Shown here in pieces: positions 57,014-64,000 of a DNA stretch of 64,000 bases. The notes under the pieces are model-generated. The model had not been told where the DNA came from. It was given only the letters and a program-made list of their open reading frames with translations, and did not search any database. The stretch covers positions 1,125 through 65,124 of the forward strand of contig DAIDHL010000003.1 in the NCBI GenBank assembly GCA_027459745.1. Direction: 5' to 3'. This DNA comes from Candidatus Levyibacteriota bacterium (lineage in GTDB: Bacteria; Patescibacteriota; Microgenomatia; Levybacterales; UBA12049). Each line of letters opens with the position of its first letter. The first letter of the stretch is position 1. The position numbers were made by a program, and so were the translations under genes.

Positions 57014-57250
57014 ATGAAAAATACACTCGAATTTGTTGTTACCGCCATCGTAGATAATCCTCAAGATGTAGTAATTGAAGAACAAGAGGCAGAAGGAATC
57101 GACAATTTAACCATACATGTGCATAAAGATGATATGGGTAAAATCATTGGTAAGGAAGGCAAAATAATCAGAGCTATCCGTAATATTATGAAAATAGTCG
57201 CTATGAAGAATAACCGCCGCATAAACGTAATTATTGCTGACAACAAATAG
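57014..57250 (+). CDS. khpA: KH-domain RNA-binding protein
   Basis: DMGKIIGKEG; synteny. Confidence 0.88.
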   Translation: MKNTLEFVVTAIVDNPQDVVIEEQEAEGIDNLTIHVHKDDMGKIIGKEGKIIRAIRNIMKIVAMKNNRRINVIIADNK

Positions 57251-57313
57251 TTTATATCGAAGTCTCTAAATCCCTGACTTTATTCTGTTAATTTTCCTGT
57301 CTATACTAATTGT

Positions 57314-58009
57314 ATGCTTATTTCTATACTTACTCTTTTCCCAGAAATGTTCCTGGGTCCTTTTGATCATTCAATTATCAAACAGGCACAAATTAAAAAC
57401 CTTGTTAATATCGAGTTTGTAAACCTTCGTAAGTTTGGAGTTGGTAAACACCATCAAGTTGACGACACCCCTTATGGCGGAGGAATAGGTATGGTTATGA
57501 GAGTTGATGTGGTTAACTCCGCCATTCAAAGCACCATTCGACCTGATCTTACACAACGTAAAATAATTCTCACTAGCGCAAAAGGTAAGTTATACAAACA
57601 AGCAAAAGCCCGAGAATATTCAAAACTGGAGCACTTAATTATAATCTGTGGACACTATGAAGGAATTGATGAACGAATATTAAACTACATTGATGAAGAA
57701 GTTTCAATCGGAGAGTTCGTGTTAACCGGAGGAGAAATCCCGGCCATGTTGATTGCAGACAGCGTGACCAGATTATTAGACGGTGTGTTAAAAAAAGATG
57801 CCACAGAGCTAGAATCTTTTTCTTTGTGTGAAAAAGATTCGAATCAAATGCTGCTTGAGTATCCCCATTACACAAGACCTGCTATTTATGAAGGCCTTGA
57901 AGTACCTAAAATCCTCACGGAAGGTAATCACAAAAAAATTAAGAGCTGGAGAATGATACAGGCCAAGATAAATTCCTCAAAACACCACCCTGATAAAGAT
58001 ATTAATTAG
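57314..58009 (+). CDS. trmD: tRNA (guanine-N1)-methyltransferase
   Basis: VDDTPYGGG, CGHYEGIDER, SIGEFVLTGGE. Confidence 0.96.
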   Translation: MLISILTLFPEMFLGPFDHSIIKQAQIKNLVNIEFVNLRKFGVGKHHQVDDTPYGGGIGMVMRVDVVNSAIQSTIRPDLTQRKIILTSAKGKLYKQAKAREYSKLEHLIIICGHYEGIDERILNYIDEEVSIGEFVLTGGEIPAMLIADSVTRLLDGVLKKDATELESFSLCEKDSNQMLLEYPHYTRPAIYEGLEVPKILTEGNHKKIKSWRMIQAKINSSKHHPDKDIN

Positions 58010-58724
58010 ATGGAAAAGTAGGCAAATTTCCCGTAGTAGTGGTATTTACTAAGGGAGACAAGTTACTGGTGTTCCAACTTGCTAATTGATTTAAAGTCGA
58101 TTGATCTGTAGGATTTAAAGACAAATTATAAGTGGTCAAATCTACAGTGTGTTGTTGATACGGCACATAATAAACTTGAAGGGCAATCGTTGCTTGGGCT
58201 TGGGAAATAGAAATACTTTCTACACTCATTAGGGGAAGACTATTTTTAATTTTTGTTAGAAAATTTACAATTCCGGAAGGACTACCGTCAATGTCGATAT
58301 CCAGAGTAAAGTCTTGTGTAGAAGACGATCCAGGCGTATTAGATTTAGAAGCATAATCACCGACTTTCACTGTAAAATCATTAAGTATGACATTAGATTG
58401 AATCGCCACTGATGAAATATCTTGAATCGCTCCCGAAAAATCTTTATCTACCGGCACAGCGTTATTGACTAAATTGAAGTTAGTCTGCAAGTCACTGTCG
58501 TTAAGTCCGCTAATATTGTTTATGTTATTCTGCAAGGTAGAGATTTGAGTCTTTAATTGAGTAACCTGTGCATCAATATTGAGAAAGTTTTGTATTTCAG
58601 GATAAATTACAAACATAATCAATAAAATACAAGCCACGATAATCGTGGAGTAAACGGTTGGCAAGTAGTACTTGGAATCTTTGAACAAGAATAAGTAATA
58701 TTTATAAGGATGTCTTAGTTTCAT
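58002..58724 (-). CDS. PilO-like type IV pilus assembly protein
   Basis: TM plus coiled coil plus ferredoxin-like domain; downstream of pilM/pilN. Confidence 0.6.
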   Translation of the reverse strand: MKLRHPYKYYLFLFKDSKYYLPTVYSTIIVACILLIMFVIYPEIQNFLNIDAQVTQLKTQISTLQNNINNISGLNDSDLQTNFNLVNNAVPVDKDFSGAIQDISSVAIQSNVILNDFTVKVGDYASKSNTPGSSSTQDFTLDIDIDGSPSGIVNFLTKIKNSLPLMSVESISISQAQATIALQVYYVPYQQHTVDLTTYNLSLNPTDQSTLNQLASWNTSNLSPLVNTTTTGNLPTFPSN

Positions 58725-59251
58725 TGTATTTTGGCATCTATATTCAAACTATAATTACCATTAGTACCCGCATTAGATAATGAAGTAGTTTTAAAATTCG
58801 TTAAATGTACCACTGTAATATTCTTTAAATTAGCCTCAAAATCTTGTAATGACAAAAGAGAAGAACTCCCAGCCTGTATAATTATATTATTATCCTTAAT
58901 ACTTAAACTAATGATATTCACATCAGAGGTGGTTTGGGCATATATACTTTGAATTATCTTGTCATACACATTCCTCTGTGCGATAAATTTAGTTGCATTT
59001 CTAGTTCTATCAATGATAAATTGCATTTTGGCTATTTTATTAGATAGTCCCTGAGACGATGCAATCAAATTTTTTTCCGTATTTTGATACTGAGTTAGCG
59101 GAGAAAAAAAAGTAAGTAAAAAGAAAATTATAGATACTACCGGCACAATAAATACAAAAAAAAGAGCCAATATTCTTAGCCATTTAACACTTTTGGATAA
59201 ATTATCTTGCCTAACTAATTGTTTAGGGAGAAAATTAATTTCATTTTTCAT
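58721..59251 (-). CDS. PilN-like type IV pilus assembly protein
   Basis: INFLP motif followed by TM. Confidence 0.7.
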   Translation of the reverse strand: MKNEINFLPKQLVRQDNLSKSVKWLRILALFFVFIVPVVSIIFFLLTFFSPLTQYQNTEKNLIASSQGLSNKIAKMQFIIDRTRNATKFIAQRNVYDKIIQSIYAQTTSDVNIISLSIKDNNIIIQAGSSSLLSLQDFEANLKNITVVHLTNFKTTSLSNAGTNGNYSLNIDAKIQ

Positions 59252-60272
59252 AATCAACCAATGCTAGTCCTACCGCAGTGGCATAATCTGTATCGGTGTC
59301 TAGAATCTGTTTAGGCACTTTTTCAATAGCATGCATCTTCCATGGATTGGCAATCACTGTTTCCATACCCAAATTTTTAACAAAAAATACATCTATACCC
59401 GATAATGAACTTAGCTGTCCTGAAAGAATAATTTGGCCTACCGTTGAAGCTTGTTTGTTTTTTTCCGAATAATATGCGAGTGCTTTCCTGACTTCCGTTA
59501 ATAGGGACTGTAGAATAGGCTGGATAACATTGGCAATCTTTTCACCAGTTTGTTGATTGGAGACACCATACACTTTTATATATTGATCAGCCTGCTCTTC
59601 AGCTAAATTAAATTGTGTCATCACCGCTCTTGAAATCGCCACACTACCCAAAGGAATGGAGTATATAAAACTAATAATTCCTTGTTCTACAACAACAATA
59701 CTGGTATTAAATCTCCCTACATTCATTATTAAAGTAGTTGGGGATTTAGAAGTCAGATTTATCCCTCTAATAACAGAAATTATTTCTGTTTCCAGTGTCT
59801 GAGGCTTCAAACCGGCCATTTCAAGCACATTACGATACTTTTTTACCATGGACGACTGAGCTCCTACTATTAACACTTCTAACATAGTATCTCCATTTAC
59901 TTCACGTTTCCTTAATTGTTGGTAAGAGAGATTAAGAGTGGCCAGTGGAGCAGGAATATTTTGCTCAGCTTCCCAATATATAGCATTACTTAAATCTTTA
60001 GTTGACATTTCAGGAATAAATACAACTTTACTATAGACTGCACTATCGGGTAGAGCAGCATTAACAATGCTAGTTGATATATTGGCATCTTTCACTAGCT
60101 GCCTTATAGTTTCTGCTATCTCTTCCAAATCAAAAGAAGATTCCGATAACATACCAGGACCTGGCATATCAACAGACATGCAGGATTTTAGAGACTGCCG
60201 GTTTTGGTCACCCTGCAGCATTACCACTTTAATTTTTTTTGTACCTATATCAATCCCAAATGAACTGGCCAT
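59241..60272 (-). CDS. pilM: Type IV pilus assembly protein PilM
   Basis: GIDIG, WEAEQNIP, ATAVGLAL; start MASSF. Confidence 0.9.
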   Translation of the reverse strand: MASSFGIDIGTKKIKVVMLQGDQNRQSLKSCMSVDMPGPGMLSESSFDLEEIAETIRQLVKDANISTSIVNAALPDSAVYSKVVFIPEMSTKDLSNAIYWEAEQNIPAPLATLNLSYQQLRKREVNGDTMLEVLIVGAQSSMVKKYRNVLEMAGLKPQTLETEIISVIRGINLTSKSPTTLIMNVGRFNTSIVVVEQGIISFIYSIPLGSVAISRAVMTQFNLAEEQADQYIKVYGVSNQQTGEKIANVIQPILQSLLTEVRKALAYYSEKNKQASTVGQIILSGQLSSLSGIDVFFVKNLGMETVIANPWKMHAIEKVPKQILDTDTDYATAVGLALVDYEK

Positions 60273-60285
60273 AGTAAATTCCTTA

Positions 60286-61221
60286 TTATCTTGAATATAA
60301 TGAGTAAACCATTGGTAGCTGAGGGAAGCCATGAAAGTAGCTAATTGTGCGTTGGGTATCCCCAGAGGTACCCGTTGAAATATATAAGTCTCCTTGCGAG
60401 GGTAAAGTAGATGTTGAATGACTTTCAACACCCATAATCGAAGAATTAAATAATGGGATAAACTCAATTAAATAAGTCTTATAAGTTGGGTTTGAACTAT
60501 CTGTAGTAGAAATCGTCACACTATAATTGAATTTCAAATTTTGATATTGAGTTATATAACTATCATTGAAGTAAGATTGACTGGCATCAGTTATACCAGT
60601 GGAGGTTGCCGGATTACCTGAAATTCTACTACAAGGATCAAACACATAGCGATGAGACAGAGCAGAAGTAATTTTATTCTTAGCATCTTTGGTATTACCC
60701 ATATAAGTTATTATCTCTAAAGCTGGTACTATTGCACCCGAACTGCAACTATAATTTGTGGGGTTACCACTTAAATCATTTAAAGGAGCCCAATAAACTG
60801 TCAAATTGCCCGAATAAGGAGTTTTAGTAAAATCAGGGGCATTATTAGTATGATCTACCAACCAAATATCTGCACCCTGATCAGCTACTACAGAATTACC
60901 ACCGCTTATAAGAAATTCAGGATTGATAGGACAACTAGATGAACAAGAACTACCACCGACGCTATATTTATTGACGTTTTGAATGTTACCTGATTGAAAA
61001 GTTTGAGAAGAAATACTCTTATTCTGATTAATAGCCAGCTGTACACCTGCCTCTGCCGCTGCTAAAGCCTGTTGGGAATTTTGTTGTGCCACTGCCGCCC
61101 TAGAATCTGTTATGCTGCGTGAGACGAAAGCTAAGCCAACAGATAAAGCTATAACTCCAACTAGAATTATCAACAAAGATATTTGTCCTTTTTCAGATAT
61201 AAAATTGATTCTTTTTCTCAT
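60286..61221 (-). CDS. PilX-like minor pilin
   Basis: EKGQISLL..., ALAAAEAGV. Confidence 0.75.
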   Translation of the reverse strand: MRKRINFISEKGQISLLIILVGVIALSVGLAFVSRSITDSRAAVAQQNSQQALAAAEAGVQLAINQNKSISSQTFQSGNIQNVNKYSVGGSSCSSSCPINPEFLISGGNSVVADQGADIWLVDHTNNAPDFTKTPYSGNLTVYWAPLNDLSGNPTNYSCSSGAIVPALEIITYMGNTKDAKNKITSALSHRYVFDPCSRISGNPATSTGITDASQSYFNDSYITQYQNLKFNYSVTISTTDSSNPTYKTYLIEFIPLFNSSIMGVESHSTSTLPSQGDLYISTGTSGDTQRTISYFHGFPQLPMVYSLYSR

Positions 61222-61231
61222 CCGCAATTTT

Positions 61232-61260
61232 ATCGTAGCAAGGGGACCACCATCTGTCAA
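61232..61260 (-). promoter_or_regulatory. Internal promoter upstream of pilX-pilMNO
   Basis: TTGACA-17 bp-TACGAT with extended TG. Confidence 0.5.
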
Positions 61261-61268
61261 TGGAAGTT

Positions 61269-61910
61269 TTAGTTGCGCATCAGCACATTAGTTTGAAAAG
61301 TCTGAGCGCTCTGTTGATTTTCAGTAGCTCCTGTACTATTGGCAGACCCTAATGTGAAAGAAATACCTATAACTGGTGGTTGATTAGCAGCTAATTGTGA
61401 GCAAGTAATCTTACAACTTTTTACACCAACAGCTGAACTTACCCAAGGCTGGATAGTTGGGGTAGCTGGGATCGGACTTGTGTCAAAAGTTAAAAAATTA
61501 GGAGTGGGAGGAGTACCAGAACATGATATGGCTGATACATTACCACTGGTATCTACATACTCTACCATAGCATATCCAGCCGTACTACTACACAAATTAC
61601 CAGATAGATCTCCATCGGAATATATACATCCCGCTACCTTCTGATTTCCAGATTGTTCGCGACAATCGCTGGAGGGATTAACAGACACCGCAATAAAGCT
61701 TTGCGCATTTCTAACGGAATTAGAAAATTGAGTGATGATATAGTCTCCTGTTTTTTGCACTTGAGCAGAGATAGATGATTTGTTATCTGCTCGGAGTACA
61801 ATACTTATGATGTTACCGGCAACTCCGCTTACCAACCCAATCAATACTAATACGATCAATAACTCAACTAAAGTAAATCCTCCCATGTAACTAATCTTTT
61901 TCATAGACAT
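61269..61910 (-). CDS. Type IV prepilin (PilW-like minor pilin)
   Basis: GFTLVELLI. Confidence 0.85.
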   Translation of the reverse strand: MSMKKISYMGGFTLVELLIVLVLIGLVSGVAGNIISIVLRADNKSSISAQVQKTGDYIITQFSNSVRNAQSFIAVSVNPSSDCREQSGNQKVAGCIYSDGDLSGNLCSSTAGYAMVEYVDTSGNVSAISCSGTPPTPNFLTFDTSPIPATPTIQPWVSSAVGVKSCKITCSQLAANQPPVIGISFTLGSANSTGATENQQSAQTFQTNVLMRN

Positions 61911-61912
61911 CT

Positions 61913-62497
61913 TTAAAAGCCTGCAGTTGGCAAAGCATCAGTATTTGAAATACAGGTATCCAACTTAGTTAACCGACAGAAGTAACTTGAGGAGGAAGAA
62001 GAGGAAGAAGAACACTTATTATCATGCCAGCCAACAGTTACTTCGATCAAATAATTTGTATACGATGACCCTGAAAGACAGGGATTTCCTCCTGTCGTAA
62101 CATTAACTTGTCTTAGGTATAATTGACCTATTGAATCAACCAACAAATATGCAGAAGGAATAGAGTTGGAAGCACATTGTTGCAGGGGATTTATACTTCC
62201 ATTAGAGTCAGGGGTGGGAGTTGGGCCATGAGTACTTTCTGTTGTGGAGGTCGACCCCAAACAGAAGTTTGCCCCTTGAGTAACTAAATTATTTAAAAAA
62301 GTCGGGTTTTGTTGTGCTTGGGTTTTGATATATTCCATACCAGTCTGAGCAAATTGTAATGCTGTAGAACCATTTTGGTTATTGTTAATGTTTGTAAAAG
62401 TAGCCAGAATTATTGACGTTATCGCTACCAGTAAAAAAGAAGCCACTACAATAGCCAAAAGCATTTCAATTAAAGTTTGTCCTCCTTGATATTTCAT
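61913..62497 (-). CDS. Type IV prepilin (PilV-like minor pilin)
   Basis: GQTLIEML, YLIEVTVGW. Confidence 0.8.
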   Translation of the reverse strand: MKYQGGQTLIEMLLAIVVASFLLVAITSIILATFTNINNNQNGSTALQFAQTGMEYIKTQAQQNPTFLNNLVTQGANFCLGSTSTTESTHGPTPTPDSNGSINPLQQCASNSIPSAYLLVDSIGQLYLRQVNVTTGGNPCLSGSSYTNYLIEVTVGWHDNKCSSSSSSSSSYFCRLTKLDTCISNTDALPTAGF

Positions 62498-62500
62498 AGA

Positions 62501-63061
62501 CTAATTCATACTTATTACTCCAGCTGCTGAAACTGAAATTGTTTTTGTTAGCGGGGGAGTTTGGTTATTTTGTAAAGTTATAGTACCCGAAAGTGGGGTT
62601 TTATTTAAAAATGGGAAAAATATATGTGATGAAGAACCAGTAGTAAAGGAGATATTTTGTCCAGAAGGTAAAGATTTTACCCATTTAATATTATCTACTG
62701 GGTAATATTGATAACTGCCTCCACCATTAGGGCAGGTAAAAACAATATCTAAAGAGTATGTCGTATTACCAGAGGATCCGTTTGAAGCAGGTATCGAAAC
62801 TCCATATCCGACAAAATCGGCCGTTTGAGATAGACATCCAGCCGAATTAAGTTCTCTTTGAGCGGCAGGGTTTGTAGGATCAACATTGGATGCAGCATAA
62901 TTACGAGCTACACTTAGTGTTTCTTCTACATCCATAGCCGCCTGGTCAAAAGTCTGCGAGGAACGATAATTTTGAAACGCCGGCACTGCGATGCCAAAAA
63001 CCAGTCCTATAATTACTATGACAATCAAAAGTTCTATAAGCGTAAATCCGCGCATATTCAT
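62501..63061 (-). CDS. Type IV prepilin (FimT-like minor pilin)
   Basis: RGFTLIELL...VPAF, ARNYA. Confidence 0.85.
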   Translation of the reverse strand: MNMRGFTLIELLIVIVIIGLVFGIAVPAFQNYRSSQTFDQAAMDVEETLSVARNYAASNVDPTNPAAQRELNSAGCLSQTADFVGYGVSIPASNGSSGNTTYSLDIVFTCPNGGGSYQYYPVDNIKWVKSLPSGQNISFTTGSSSHIFFPFLNKTPLSGTITLQNNQTPPLTKTISVSAAGVISMN

Positions 63062-63068
63062 TGAAGCT

Positions 63069-63656
63069 TTAAGGGTTTTGTACAATATAATATCTACCTG
63101 ACGTACATTTTGGATTAGTGTTTACAATATTTGCACTAATATCAGGGAAATTTGTACTTAAATCAGTGCTACTGTACGTATTTATTCCAGTATCTGAAGA
63201 ATTTTCAAGACAAGCAATCAAACCATAACTGAGACAAGGTGTAGTGGAATTGTCGCAACTATAAGACGGAGAGTTGGATGAATTATATGAAAGGTAAAGA
63301 TACTCACCTCCATTAAATACAGAACTTGCAGATAAGCCAAGAGGGTCACAAGGAATAGCTTGTAAATAAGTAACCGTTCCACTACTGGTAGTGCCCTGAA
63401 AAGCATCACTTGTACAATTAGTCATAGAAGATGGGTAAAGACCTGTAGAGATGGGGTAGTAACCAAAATCATGCCTATATAGCTCAAGCGCGGATTGTAT
63501 GCTGGCGAAATTTGATTTACGCTGTGTATCACGGCCTCTCTGTATCTGAGCAACAGGGTTTATAGCTATAATTAACACTGAGGACAAGATTCCCAACATA
63601 GCTATAACTATAAGAAGCTCTACAAGCGTAAAACCCGACTGTAATTTATGTAGCAT
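63069..63656 (-). CDS. Type IV prepilin / GspG-like pilin
   Basis: GFTLVELL...INP...RDTQRK...ALELY...YP. Confidence 0.88.
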   Translation of the reverse strand: MLHKLQSGFTLVELLIVIAMLGILSSVLIIAINPVAQIQRGRDTQRKSNFASIQSALELYRHDFGYYPISTGLYPSSMTNCTSDAFQGTTSSGTVTYLQAIPCDPLGLSASSVFNGGEYLYLSYNSSNSPSYSCDNSTTPCLSYGLIACLENSSDTGINTYSSTDLSTNFPDISANIVNTNPKCTSGRYYIVQNP

Positions 63657-63663
63657 AATTCTA

Positions 63664-64000
63664 CTATAGCATGCCAAGCAAGTAATTCAAATGTGTGTAA
63701 TAAAAAATCAGATAAATGAAGTGCATTGGTAAACTAAGAGCTATGTAAGTCCCTAAAACGAGAAATGGACCGAAAGGAATGGCTGATCCTCTTAGTTGTT
63801 TCTTTTTAATGAATATGTATATTAAGCCTATTACTGCTCCCAAAACAAATGATATATATAATCCTATTATAATTCTGGGAAAACCAAGCAGGCTACCCAT
63901 AAAAAATGCAAACACTACATCGCCAAAACCCAGGCCCTTTCCCCGTGTTACAAGAAATAAAACCAGAAAAAATACTGCAGCCCCCAAAGCTGCAAATAAA
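63664..64000 (-). CDS. pilD: Prepilin peptidase, C-terminal part (partial)
   Basis: GLGFGDV, IPFGPFL. Confidence 0.85.
   Translation of the reverse strand, partial: LFAALGAAVFFLVLFLVTRGKGLGFGDVVFAFFMGSLLGFPRIIIGLYISFVLGAVIGLIYIFIKKKQLRGSAIPFGPFLVLGTYIALSLPMHFIYLIFYYTHLNYLLGML

Noticed and set aside
1-64000. Stop-codon reassignment (code 25)
   Set aside because: Core genes are full length under code 11 and several end in TGA

Overview
AT-rich bacterial chromosomal segment using genetic code 11. It most likely comes from Patescibacteria/CPR, Microgenomates-like; this is inferred from a DUF5660-like gene, a trigger factor lacking the FKBP domain, a short PheT, a type IV pilus cluster and many orphan ORFs. 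It holds housekeeping blocks (thrS-infC-rpmI-rplT, pheST, tyrS, recG, rpmF-nusB-rnc, rpsP-khpA-trmD, PBP1a, pil genes) and six tRNAs. Accessory islands include an Emr-type efflux system, a P3A-type H+-ATPase/MFS/MprF-domain cluster, and an ECF sigma plus ArsR-rhodanese redox cluster. The most notable unannotated signal is a panel of four ribosome-dependent transcription attenuators, each with promoter, short leader peptide, antiterminator and terminator, rich in Ile/Val, Val/Leu, Thr and Phe/Trp/Tyr codons respectively. One controls a partial ilvB-ilvN-ilvA-ridA operon. The other three sit directly in front of orphan ORFs instead of biosynthetic genes. Also seen: phased direct-repeat arrays over the promoters of both Fic-wHTH genes, a palindromic REP/RPE-like repeat family (one copy in-frame inside pheT, two flanking pheS with a flipped core), an in-frame heptamer hairpin in recG, and a stand-alone diheme cytochrome b fusion. 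All family assignments are from motif recognition only; no database search was run.
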